A DNA stretch of 63,721 bases, the filler included, from Lama guanicoe (Eukaryota), in the NCBI GenBank assembly GCA_013239625.1. It is 182 parts of 182 records of this genome, joined end to end, with 100 filler letters (N's around TTAATTAATTAA, not from the genome) between each part and the next. Parts side by side here need not be neighbours in the genome. Positions count along the whole stretch, not along the records: positions 50,484 to 50,734 come from PNXV01048494.1; positions 50,835 to 51,085 come from PNXV01048495.1; positions 51,186 to 51,436 come from PNXV01048496.1; positions 51,537 to 51,787 come from PNXV01048497.1; positions 51,888 to 52,138 come from PNXV01048498.1; positions 52,239 to 52,489 come from PNXV01048499.1; positions 52,590 to 52,840 come from PNXV01048500.1; positions 52,941 to 53,191 come from PNXV01048501.1; 174 more parts are not named here. The stretch is one strand, 5' to 3'. Position 1 is the first letter of the stretch. Each line of letters starts with the position of its first letter. The position numbers were made by a program, and so were the translations under genes. The notes below the pieces were generated by a model that was not told the origin of the DNA, did not search any database, and worked only from the letters and a program-made list of their open reading frames with translations. Shown piece by piece: positions 50,520-61,615 of this stretch.

Positions 50520-50650
50520 CCAGTTTAACCCTTACAGCCCTGTGTGATGAAAACCTTTACCTCCATTTTATAGACAGCAAAACAGAGGCTTCGGAGAGCC
50601 CACGTTCACATAGCTGGTAGGGGCAACAGTCTAACGTCCATCCGTCTGGC
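50520..50650 (-). mobile_element. MIR SINE fragment
   Basis: 'ctccattttatagacagcaaaacagaggct...tcacatagctggtagg'. Confidence 0.6.
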
Positions 50651-51185
50651 TCTTGCCCTGAACCAGGCTTTCTCCTACAGGCTGGTGTGTTTGAATCGGT
50701 CTAAACCGTGGGCCCGTAAACCCAAGCCCCCACGNNNNNNNNNNNNNNNNNNNNNNNNNNNNNNNNNNNNNNNNNNNNTTAATTAATTAANNNNNNNNNN
50801 NNNNNNNNNNNNNNNNNNNNNNNNNNNNNNNNNNTGTTTCCTCTAAGAGAGAGAACATGACTTGATTTAAAGCCCGAGTTTACGTGACTGGATATGGAAT
50901 AGCTTATTTGCTGTCATGAGAGCTTCAGCATTGCAGGTATGACCCTGCAGAGGAAGGTAACAATCCGCATGTAGACTTCCTGAATTTACCGTCCCACACG
51001 CCACATTATCGTGTGGTTTGAGTGAAACACATTAGCCACATCGTATTCTTTATTGAAATATACTACTGATTTCATAAAACTCCTTNNNNNNNNNNNNNNN
51101 NNNNNNNNNNNNNNNNNNNNNNNNNNNNNTTAATTAATTAANNNNNNNNNNNNNNNNNNNNNNNNNNNNNNNNNNNNNNNNNNNN

Positions 51186-51436
51186 ATACACAGAAAACCC
51201 TAAAGACGCCATCAAAAAACTGTTATAACTAATAAATGAATTCAGTGACGTTGCAGGATACAAAATCAATATACAGAAATCTGTCTCATTTCTACATACT
51301 AACAATGAACTATCAGAAAGCACAATTAAGAAAACAATCCCAAACCTAAGGAGTAGGAATATCTGCAAATGATGTGACTGACACAGGCTTCATTTCCAGA
51401 ATATAACAACAGTTCATACAACTCAGTAACAAAAAA
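51186..51436 (+). mobile_element. L1 ORF2 fragment with internal junction near 51342
   Basis: The first part encodes ENPKDA...[17 protein letters not shown]...KKTIP. The second part resembles the distal IFAND.TD.GLISRIY.QLIQL region. Confidence 0.85.
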
Positions 51437-52238
51437 NNNNNNNNNNNNNNNNNNNNNNNNNNNNNNNNNNNNNNNNNNNNTTAATTAATTAANNNNNNNN
51501 NNNNNNNNNNNNNNNNNNNNNNNNNNNNNNNNNNNNCTCTCTACACAGCATCCTGCTTCCTGCCAGCAGACACGTCTGTGTGAGGGTGTGGTACCCAAAG
51601 CCCTACAGATATCCTGCAGTCTGAAAGGTGGTCAAGAGACTCACCCAGATCTGAGATTCTGCCATCATGAAGGTGTGAATGGATGGCAGCAACACCTTCT
51701 GCAAGATGTCTGGTTATGTAAGGGGAAAAGCCTCTTTTTGTGAAGCAGCTAGCAGAGGGGTTTTGGGTTACAGCTTAAAATACTGTGNNNNNNNNNNNNN
51801 NNNNNNNNNNNNNNNNNNNNNNNNNNNNNNNTTAATTAATTAANNNNNNNNNNNNNNNNNNNNNNNNNNNNNNNNNNNNNNNNNNNNAGTTTCCTCGTCA
51901 CTCAGGCTTCCAGTTGGGACCTGGGCTGGGGCAGCAAAAGGAGGATGGGCAGGACGTGCCCACCCTGGCCCTGCTTCCAGTGCTGTCTCCTGGATCCCAG
52001 GCTTCTGTCCCTTTATCTCAGCGTGATGGGGTGGGATGGCTCAACAGGGAGATCACTGAGGTATAGAGTGCCAGGCGGGGGACCCTGTAGTCAGTTTTGG
52101 CAGGCAGCCTTAGTCTGGGGGCCAGTGAGCAGAGCACTNNNNNNNNNNNNNNNNNNNNNNNNNNNNNNNNNNNNNNNNNNNNTTAATTAATTAANNNNNN
52201 NNNNNNNNNNNNNNNNNNNNNNNNNNNNNNNNNNNNNN

Positions 52239-52383
52239 TGACCAGGATCAGACCCAGGTTGCCTACTACTGTGAAGAGGTAGATGGAGAAGAAGAGCACA
52301 AAGAGGGGCATCTTCAACTCCTGACGGTCTGTGAGGCCCACGAGAATGAACTCTGTCACCTGTGTGCAGTTGATCTGGGTCAT
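52239..52383 (-). CDS. Olfactory receptor family 8 subfamily U-like, N-terminus and TM1 (3'-partial)
   Basis: [48 protein letters not shown] contains the N-glycosylation site NCT, EFIL.G and the TM1 GN motif. A pyrimidine tract and CAG acceptor lie about 15 nt upstream of the ATG. Confidence 0.92.
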
Positions 52384-52650
52384 TTGTCTTCAGTATGTCT
52401 GCATGCATGAAGAGAGAATTAAAGCAGCTGAATTAAATTAAATTTTAATTTTAATATCCCACCACCATTCCTCTTGCACTTCCCACTCCNNNNNNNNNNN
52501 NNNNNNNNNNNNNNNNNNNNNNNNNNNNNNNNNTTAATTAATTAANNNNNNNNNNNNNNNNNNNNNNNNNNNNNNNNNNNNNNNNNNNNAGTGTCTGTGG
52601 TCTCCTGGCTGGGAGCTGACGGACAAGAAGTACAAACATGGGCAGACCTG

Positions 52651-52840
52651 CAGCACGCTCCCTGACCTTCACCCTGGACCGGCCCACAGCACGCTCCCTG
52701 ACCTTCACCCTGGGTGGCCCACAGCACACTCCCTGACCTTCACCCTGGACTGGCCCACAGTACATGCCCTGACCTTCACTCTGGCCAGCTAGCCCACAGC
52801 ACGCTCCCTGACCTTACCCTGGCCAGCTAGCTCACAGCAC
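52651..52840 (+). repeat. 35-39-bp minisatellite (CAGCACGCTCCCTGACCTTCACCCTGGACCGGCCCA)n, about 5 units
   Basis: Direct tandem units to the contig end. Confidence 0.92.
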
Positions 52841-53993
52841 NNNNNNNNNNNNNNNNNNNNNNNNNNNNNNNNNNNNNNNNNNNNTTAATTAATTAANNNN
52901 NNNNNNNNNNNNNNNNNNNNNNNNNNNNNNNNNNNNNNNNTTTGATTGGATCATGACATCGAAGAAAACGTCCAAATGGCAGAACATGTCTCCTCAAACC
53001 AAATATTTTGCAAAATGTTTTTTTCACAGGCTGTGGCTCACCTCTGCGGACCCCTTACCACACTGACGTGACCAGCTGGAGCAAACTCGGGCCTCGGGAA
53101 GGAGGGCCGGCCGTGCACAGGGAACACCCCCACGAGGACCCGGGTTTCATTAGCCGGTCAGGCCCCTCAGGCTGTCGGACAGGCCTCCAGGNNNNNNNNN
53201 NNNNNNNNNNNNNNNNNNNNNNNNNNNNNNNNNNNTTAATTAATTAANNNNNNNNNNNNNNNNNNNNNNNNNNNNNNNNNNNNNNNNNNNNTGAGTGGCC
53301 CCAGGGGTTCCTAGGGCTTGTCTCAGCCTGCTGGTGGGTAACCCACTCACTGTGCAGTTGGCTTTGGGCCTGGGGGGTCCTGGGACTGTTGGCTGTAGGT
53401 GCCAGCAAGTCCCAGGGCTGGTGCTGGCCTGCTAGTGTGTGGAGCAAGGGCCTTAGAACTCCTGGGGCTGATGTCGGCCTGCCTGTGGGCAGGACCAGTC
53501 TCAGTGTGGCTGGCTGTAGGACCTGGGGTCCCAGGGCTGGCCNNNNNNNNNNNNNNNNNNNNNNNNNNNNNNNNNNNNNNNNNNNNTTAATTAATTAANN
53601 NNNNNNNNNNNNNNNNNNNNNNNNNNNNNNNNNNNNNNNNNNCCATTTCCTTCATTTGTAATTTTTGAAAGCCCATTGGTTTCCTTACATCTTTATAAGG
53701 AGGGCTGTCCATTTTGTGTGTGTTAGGAACTAGCTTAACTAGTGTATTTATACAATTTTTTATTTGCTAGGAATAAATCCATGGTTAGAGATAGTTTAAA
53801 AACTACATCGAAAGGTTAGAGTTAATTATATGGGAAGTGCTAATGCTCATAATTTGAGAATTTTTATTTCTTCTAAATACTAAACAAAGGGAANNNNNNN
53901 NNNNNNNNNNNNNNNNNNNNNNNNNNNNNNNNNNNNNTTAATTAATTAANNNNNNNNNNNNNNNNNNNNNNNNNNNNNNNNNNNNNNNNNNNN

Positions 53994-54244
53994 AGAGAAA
54001 GACAAATACTATATGATATCACTCATATGTGGAATCTAAAAAAAAGGGCACTATGGACTCACCTACAAAACAGAAACAGACTCGCAGACATAGTGAATAA
54101 TCTTATGGATACCGGGGAAAGAGGGTGGGAAGGGATAAATTTGAGAGTATGAGATTTTCAAATATTAAATACTATATATAAAAATAGATTTTAAAAAGTT
54201 ACTTTTGTATAGCATAGGGAACTATGTTCAGTTTATTGTAATAA
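53994..54244 (+). mobile_element. L1 ORF2 end and lineage-type 3' UTR
   Basis: 'agagaaagacaaatactatatgatatcactcatatgtggaatctaa' is the ORF2 terminus, followed by the shared 3' UTR. Confidence 0.9.
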
Positions 54245-54344
54245 NNNNNNNNNNNNNNNNNNNNNNNNNNNNNNNNNNNNNNNNNNNNTTAATTAATTAA
54301 NNNNNNNNNNNNNNNNNNNNNNNNNNNNNNNNNNNNNNNNNNNN

Positions 54345-54560
54345 CAAAGTTGGAGGATTCACTCTACCTGATTTCAAGGCTTACTACAAAGTTTCATTAG
54401 TCAATACAGGGTGGTATTGACAAAAGGATAAATACATAATGGAGAGCCAGAAATAGATCCACACACACTTACAGTGAACCGATTCTGACAAACACCCAAA
54501 GGCAACTAGATGGAGAAATGATAGTGCCTTCAATAAATGATACCGAAAAAAATGGCTATT
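54345..54560 (+). mobile_element. L1 ORF2 fragment (old)
   Basis: KVGGFTLPDFKAYYK motif. Confidence 0.85.
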
Positions 54561-55427
54561 TGTTTTCCCCCCCAAGAAAGTTTATAAATCCCAAANNNNN
54601 NNNNNNNNNNNNNNNNNNNNNNNNNNNNNNNNNNNNNNNTTAATTAATTAANNNNNNNNNNNNNNNNNNNNNNNNNNNNNNNNNNNNNNNNNNNNGCAGC
54701 AGCTGTGTGTTCCCCATCAATGTTGTTCCATTGATCTGACCTCGAGCTCTGGTCTCTAATACCCTCTGGAAGGAGCTGGGATATTGGGAAGATTGTTCTT
54801 ACAATCCTTTGGCTATATAACTTCCTGCCATGAAATAAGGAGTGAAAAAGCCAAGCGATGTCAAGTTTAGATCCCCCCGCCCCCCTTTTCTGAATGAATT
54901 AGGCAGCTGGACTGCAGGAACTAGTCATCTCTGGCGGAACTGAGCTNNNNNNNNNNNNNNNNNNNNNNNNNNNNNNNNNNNNNNNNNNNNTTAATTAATT
55001 AANNNNNNNNNNNNNNNNNNNNNNNNNNNNNNNNNNNNNNNNNNNNGGGAGAACATGAGGAATTAGAAGACAAGAGGGCCAAGGATAAATGATTTGCTTT
55101 GTATGAATGGAAGGGATTTTTATGTTAATTTTCTTATTAATTGTGATTATAAAGCAATTAAAAGGGCTTAATTGAAGATTAAACCACTTTTACATCCAAA
55201 TGAATCCTGTTCTTTTAAGATTTCACTTGGCAGTCACTCATTTATTCCCGAAGTGTTTTGCCCGAATTATTGTTGGAGTACCTCTTTGCAAAAAAAANNN
55301 NNNNNNNNNNNNNNNNNNNNNNNNNNNNNNNNNNNNNNNNNTTAATTAATTAANNNNNNNNNNNNNNNNNNNNNNNNNNNNNNNNNNNNNNNNNNNNGTT
55401 TCCAGAGGGGAGTGGTGATGCACTTTT

Positions 55428-55648
55428 TTGAGTTTGAGATTTACAAATATTAGCCACTATATATAAAAATGGATTTAAGAAGTTTCTTCTGTACAGCACA
55501 GGAGACTATATTCAATATCTTGTAGTAATCTTTAATGAATAAGAATACGAAAATGAATATACATATATGTGTATGCATGACTGAGACATTGTGCTGTGCA
55601 CCAGAAATTGACACATTGTAGCTGAATGTACTTCAATTTAAAAAAAAG
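55428..55648 (+). mobile_element. L1 3' terminus with A tail; 5' junction near 55428
   Basis: 'gagtttgagatttacaaatattagccactatatataaaa...ccagaaattgacacattgta...cttcaatttaaaaaaaa'. Confidence 0.85.
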
Positions 55649-58556
55649 NNNNNNNNNNNNNNNNNNNNNNNNNNNNNNNNNNNNNNNNNNNNTTAATTAA
55701 TTAANNNNNNNNNNNNNNNNNNNNNNNNNNNNNNNNNNNNNNNNNNNNCTGAGACGCTGTTTCACTCGATCAGAAGGAAGCCGCTTTATAGCATTGAATT
55801 GGGAGTTTCTTATCGGTCTGTTGGTTTACAGCACACACGCCCTTCGTCTGGGGCCTGAGAGCTGATCACTGAGATGCTGTCGGGCTCTATGTGTATGAAT
55901 AAGCATGGCCGGGACGTGGAGCTGTACGCGAGACTGACGCGTCGTAACTGACTGTACTTCAAGAAAAATTTTTTAATATTAAAGAAAATAAGAAGAGCAN
56001 NNNNNNNNNNNNNNNNNNNNNNNNNNNNNNNNNNNNNNNNNNNTTAATTAATTAANNNNNNNNNNNNNNNNNNNNNNNNNNNNNNNNNNNNNNNNNNNNC
56101 CTAAACATCACCAGGTGGCTTCCCCGTGGAGACTGAGCTGTGTACCAGGAAGCACGCTGTGGAGAGGAAGGTCTCATTCAGTCTGCAAGGTACCGCTCCT
56201 GTGTGCAAAGTCGTGACCAAGGCGTGGGGAGGATGCAAAGTTTCCCTTAAGGAACAGTCAAATATAGTAAGTTGGTGTTTACTTATTGAGGGCCTGTCAG
56301 GCACTGAGGTTCTAAACAGCATAAGGCATCACCCTATTTCTTCACTCTGANNNNNNNNNNNNNNNNNNNNNNNNNNNNNNNNNNNNNNNNNNNNTTAATT
56401 AATTAANNNNNNNNNNNNNNNNNNNNNNNNNNNNNNNNNNNNNNNNNNNNCTAGGGAAGGGAAGGGGTGAAGGCAGGTGGGGAAGGGGACTGATGGCCTC
56501 AGGGGTCCGCTACAGCCAGGCAGCAGCACTCCATCCCTCCATCCTGGGAGCCCTGGCCGGAGCCCTCCGCCCTCCAGCCTGGACTGCAGGCCGCCTGAAG
56601 CTGCCTCTTCTGCCCATCAAGCACCGATGCGCTTTGTGCTGAGTGAGGCTCAGGGGTCCTCTTGCCCCCGGCTAAGTGGGATGGCATTTTGTCAGACAGG
56701 ANNNNNNNNNNNNNNNNNNNNNNNNNNNNNNNNNNNNNNNNNNNNTTAATTAATTAANNNNNNNNNNNNNNNNNNNNNNNNNNNNNNNNNNNNNNNNNNN
56801 NTTAACTGGGTAAACTCCTGCTTAGTTAGTTGCTATGTACACTACAGTGAGCAGTCGTCAATTTGGCCTTAAGTTGATTCTTATTATGTGTGGTCTCTAA
56901 ATTCTATCTTAAACTTTTAGATTATTTGTCTATTGATTCCTTAGCTCGTGTTATAGAATATTAGAATAGTAACCAAAATCTGATTAAATACTTGATCTTT
57001 AAAATGTAATAGATTTTAAAACAAGACATTGATTGGTTTTATCAAAGAAGATNNNNNNNNNNNNNNNNNNNNNNNNNNNNNNNNNNNNNNNNNNNNTTAA
57101 TTAATTAANNNNNNNNNNNNNNNNNNNNNNNNNNNNNNNNNNNNNNNNNNNNTTAGACTTGATGGACAGCAGGTGACAAACTACCCTGAGAACTTCTTTT
57201 CCCCCTCCCTCCTCATACAGTGAGCGGTTGTGAAAGAGTTCAGATCAGCTGCAGTTGGTAAGAATAGAGTGTATCACCATCACTGCTGGTTTCTTTGCAT
57301 ATAATAATATATATTTTTCATCAATTTGTAGGTGCATTTTCTTAGTCCTAATGAGAAGAAGTTGCAAAATGGTTTTAGTTGGTACCCACTGCTGATGACA
57401 GAANNNNNNNNNNNNNNNNNNNNNNNNNNNNNNNNNNNNNNNNNNNNTTAATTAATTAANNNNNNNNNNNNNNNNNNNNNNNNNNNNNNNNNNNNNNNNN
57501 NNNTCATTCCAGCCCAAGACTCATTTCTTTGGGGGCCTACAGTTTACCTTTAGGGAAGTCATGGGGAGAGGGGAATAATATACATTCTTATAAATATGTT
57601 AAAGTGGACCACCAGCCCAGAAGCGGCTGTGGTCTGTTACAATTTGTTAACCCAATCATGGGCTCCCACAGTTTATGCTGGATCAACTGAATATTCAGAT
57701 AAGTAAAAATGGGCCTGGACTCTTATCCTATGCCACACACACGAAAAAAAAAAANNNNNNNNNNNNNNNNNNNNNNNNNNNNNNNNNNNNNNNNNNNNTT
57801 AATTAATTAANNNNNNNNNNNNNNNNNNNNNNNNNNNNNNNNNNNNNNNNNNNNGTGAAGGAAGCCAAAGGGTGATCCTTTAAGCAGAAAAAACTGACAT
57901 TTTTGGTGAGACAGAGTGTGTGTTTTTGAGGAGCAGGAGACAGAAAGGAGAGGGGGTGCTCAGTGCTCTGGCCAAATAACAGCTGATGAAGAAAGAGACT
58001 GATTATCTCTATACTGCAGTCATGACCCATAACATAGACTCATGTAAGAGTGGTTTTCACCCTTTCATTTAAGGTGCACTGACTGCTACATGGAGATTAA
58101 GTGTANNNNNNNNNNNNNNNNNNNNNNNNNNNNNNNNNNNNNNNNNNNNTTAATTAATTAANNNNNNNNNNNNNNNNNNNNNNNNNNNNNNNNNNNNNNN
58201 NNNNNCCCTTCCATTTCCCAGTGACAGATAATTAGTGAGATGTTTAAGCTGAGAGACCTTCGACCTTGCAGTTTTCTTGTGCTTATGCGATTCACACTCA
58301 CATCAATGCTTACCCCTCACCACTCAGGTGTTTCCCATGTAGTGACTGGGACACTGGAAGATGTGTCTGGGTTGTCCGAGGCCTCCATGACATTGTTGCA
58401 GTGTGCTGTGTCCCTCTTCTGTGTCCTTTCTTAAAGCTAAGTAAGCTTGAGTGATGNNNNNNNNNNNNNNNNNNNNNNNNNNNNNNNNNNNNNNNNNNNN
58501 TTAATTAATTAANNNNNNNNNNNNNNNNNNNNNNNNNNNNNNNNNNNNNNNNNNNN

Positions 58557-58807
58557 GTAGAGCAACTGGACAAGAACAAGAAAGAAGTGGGAAAGAAGAG
58601 GGAGGGCTGTCATTCTATCCGGATGACAGGATCCTATAGACAGAGAGGGAAAACCCTGCAGGCTCCACATACAAAACTGACTAGAGATGAGAAAAGAACT
58701 TGGCAAAGCAGCAGGACACAACAACAACGTACAGAAATCAGTGGCACTTCTTGACACGAAACGAAGAATCCCTTTTAAAATGGCATCCAAAACAAGACAA
58801 CGCTTAG
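58557..58807 (+). mobile_element. L1 ORF2 RT-region fragment, heavily diverged
   Basis: 'ggatgacaggatcctata...gaaaaccctgcaggctccaca...ggcaaagcagcaggacacaa...acagaaatcagtggca' is a decayed DDMILY-ENP-KVAGY region. Confidence 0.75.
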
Positions 58808-59609
58808 NNNNNNNNNNNNNNNNNNNNNNNNNNNNNNNNNNNNNNNNNNNNTTAATTAATTAANNNNNNNNNNNNNNNNNNNNNNNNNNNNNNNNNNNNN
58901 NNNNNNNGTCTATACAGGTATCAAGCTAGTCTCCTATTTAAACTATACCTGCACACTAGGCACTGCTCAGCAAAGGGCATTTCATGCTCTAGAGGAACCT
59001 CAATTATCCAAAGTTGAATTACTACTGGTTTCAGAGAAAACTGAACCAATATAATTTGGGGGCAGGGGTAGGGAGGAGTGAACAAAATGAAATCTAGTAA
59101 TATTTGGTTAGCTGGAAAATTCCACTAATTAACCCAGAAGGTGCTGGGTTTCAAAATTNNNNNNNNNNNNNNNNNNNNNNNNNNNNNNNNNNNNNNNNNN
59201 NNTTAATTAATTAANNNNNNNNNNNNNNNNNNNNNNNNNNNNNNNNNNNNNNNNNNNNTTATCAGCTTTGCAAAAGGTTTAGAGCGTTTAAAAGGCAAAA
59301 AGCTTCCTTATTCCTGTCATTGGCTAAAACAGAAATCTAAAAAAGAAAACAAACAAACACTATTTCATCCTGAGTTGGAATCAATTTCTCCCAATTAGCA
59401 CTCCAAATTCATTCATGTAAAATCAGTATGTTGTGAGTAGTTTAAAAAATAATTGCACGAATAATAACTTTTCTTTACCTTCTTTGATTTCTTTTTAAAA
59501 TAGAAACAANNNNNNNNNNNNNNNNNNNNNNNNNNNNNNNNNNNNNNNNNNNNTTAATTAATTAANNNNNNNNNNNNNNNNNNNNNNNNNNNNNNNNNNN
59601 NNNNNNNNN

Positions 59610-59860
59610 GGCCGGTCCGCGCGCTCCTGACGGGAGGAGTCGCCGCCGCCGCCGCCGGCGGGGCGGGCTGAGGGAGGAGCGGAGCCGAGGGGTGGGGAGG
59701 CGGAAACGCCAGCGGGACCGGCGGCGGAGCGCGAGCGGGCTGAGGAGCGGAGCGCTAGCGGCAGGCCGGGCGAGGCGGGCGCGGAGCGAAGAGCCGAGAA
59801 CCGGGCGCCGCCGCCGCCGCCGCCGCCCCCGGGCCGCACAAAGGCCGAGGCTGGGGCCGC
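59610..59860. promoter_or_regulatory. CpG island or GC-rich 5' UTR with two (GCC)n runs and GC box
   Basis: Extremely GC- and CpG-rich; GGGGCGGG; GCC triplet runs near 59641 and 59806. Confidence 0.7.
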
Positions 59861-59960
59861 NNNNNNNNNNNNNNNNNNNNNNNNNNNNNNNNNNNNNNNN
59901 NNNNTTAATTAATTAANNNNNNNNNNNNNNNNNNNNNNNNNNNNNNNNNNNNNNNNNNNN

Positions 59961-60211
59961 TCTGAAGGAGATGGGCCAGCTGGCCAGCATAACAACTGTC
60001 CCCTCACTGCGACAGAGGCTGCAAACTATTCCCCAGTCAAATGTTGATGCTGGCAACCATATGCTGATAAGCTGGTTAATGGCTGCTGTACACACTGTGT
60101 GGGAAAGTGCAAGGGATTTGCCTGAACACGTGAGTAAATAGACCACGTATTTGGACTTAGCACAAGTTATCCGGGAAATGGGCATGCGCCAGATGATGTT
60201 TTCTTTGCATT
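59961..60211 (+). pseudogene. Class III (ERV-L/ERV-S-like) gag fragment with one in-frame stop
   Basis: LKEMGQLASITTVPSLRQRLQTIPQSNVDAGNHMLISWLMAAVHTVWESARDLPEHVSK*TTYLDLAQVIREMGMRQMMF. It resembles the class III gag motifs L..WL..A....W and W....Q..REMGM; the TAG sits at the expected Trp. Confidence 0.65.
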
Positions 60212-60662
60212 NNNNNNNNNNNNNNNNNNNNNNNNNNNNNNNNNNNNNNNNNNNNTTAATTAATTAANNNNNNNNNNNNNNNNNNNNNNNNNNNNNNNNN
60301 NNNNNNNNNNNGTAAAGAAAAACTGAGAGTATTTACCTTAACCAAATTCAGAGGTTAGAGTGTTGGCAAATATGAATGTGGCTGTGGTGGGCATGGGGAG
60401 GGCATTATCTACTGACTTCATAGTGCCTAAAAAAGGAAATAAAATTTAAAAGTATCACTATGAGCAACTATTTAGGGATAAAGAAGTAAATATGAAAAGC
60501 TTTGGCTAAAAATGAATCCTTTAAGAGAGGAACTGGGGCACAAAAAGATCACTTTTTTTTTTNNNNNNNNNNNNNNNNNNNNNNNNNNNNNNNNNNNNNN
60601 NNNNNNTTAATTAATTAANNNNNNNNNNNNNNNNNNNNNNNNNNNNNNNNNNNNNNNNNNNN

Positions 60663-60787
60663 TCTATTTCATTTTTTTTGCATGTTGATATCAAGTTTTC
60701 CCAACATTATTTACTGAAGAGCCTATCCTTTCCCCATTGTGTATTCTTGGCATCCTTGTCAAAGATCAATCGACCACATGTGGGTTC
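60663..60787 (-). mobile_element. L1 ORF2 fragment
   Basis: 'agttttcccaacattatttactgaagagcctatcctttccccattgtgtattcttggcatccttgtcaaagatcaat'. Confidence 0.85.
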
Positions 60788-60913
60788 TGATCGGCAGAAG
60801 TCCCGCCCAGACGGAATGAATTACTCGAGACTCTGTCAGAAGTCCAGAGAGTGAGAGGGAGTCCGGGACCAACTCCATGAGCTTCTCAAATGCTCCCACA
60901 TCTATTGTGCACA
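60788..60913 (-). mobile_element. Probable ERV LTR 3' end (U5) inserted into L1
   Basis: Abrupt switch at TG 60788 to CpG-containing sequence. The reverse strand has AATAGA (poly(A)-signal-like) and ends in CA. Confidence 0.4.
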
Positions 60914-61026
60914 NNNNNNNNNNNNNNNNNNNNNNNNNNNNNNNNNNNNNNNNNNNNTTAATTAATTAANNNNNNNNNNNNNNNNNNNNNNNNNNNNNNN
61001 NNNNNNNNNNNNNTCTCTGCCAACAG

Positions 61027-61264
61027 GTACAAATCTGCTGTGGTGGCCGCCAGCATCATCAGGCGTTCCCACCCCCTGACCCCCGCCCAGCGGCTGGTGG
61101 GCTGGATCGACCACATCCTCCAGACAGGGGGTGCGGCGCACCTCAAGCCCCACGCCCTCCAGCAGCCGTGGTATGAGCAGTACCTGCTCGACGTCCTCTT
61201 GTTCCTGCTGGTGGCCACCCTGGGCACCGCGTTGCTCTGTGGGAAGCTGCTGGGCCTGGTGGCC
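61027..61264 (+). CDS. UDP-glycosyltransferase family 3A (UGT3A1/UGT3A2-like), terminal coding exon, 3'-partial
   Basis: Acceptor 'tctctgccaacag|' precedes YKSAVVAASIIRRSHPLTPAQRLVGWIDHILQTGGAAHLKPHALQQPWYEQYLLDVLLFLLVATLGTALLCGKLLGLVA. This is the UGT C-terminal GA.HL/W.QY.LDV motif plus a TM helix. Confidence 0.92.
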
Positions 61265-61379
61265 NNNNNNNNNNNNNNNNNNNNNNNNNNNNNNNNNNNN
61301 NNNNNNNNTTAATTAATTAANNNNNNNNNNNNNNNNNNNNNNNNNNNNNNNNNNNNNNNNNNNNAAAAAAAAAAATATT

Positions 61380-61615
61380 CCCAAGGTGGAGTCACTTACC
61401 CACAAGATAGCAAACCAAGACTTAAATGTAGCTTCAGCCCTCAAAGAAATAGGACAGTAAACCAATCACTGTCAACTGTCCTGAACGCCAGAGGTAACCT
61501 ACAAGGTAAGACTTCTGTCCTTCCCCTAAACAAGGTAGCCTTGCCTGAGAGAACCTTTCCTTTTACCAATAACTTTCTATCCCACCCAGTTTATGCCTGA
61601 AAAGGCTTTCCATAG
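61380..61615 (+). mobile_element. ERV1-type LTR U3 fragment
   Basis: 'caaggtggagtcactta...caaaccaagacttaa...aaccaatca' LTR pattern with CCAAT boxes. Confidence 0.45.
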
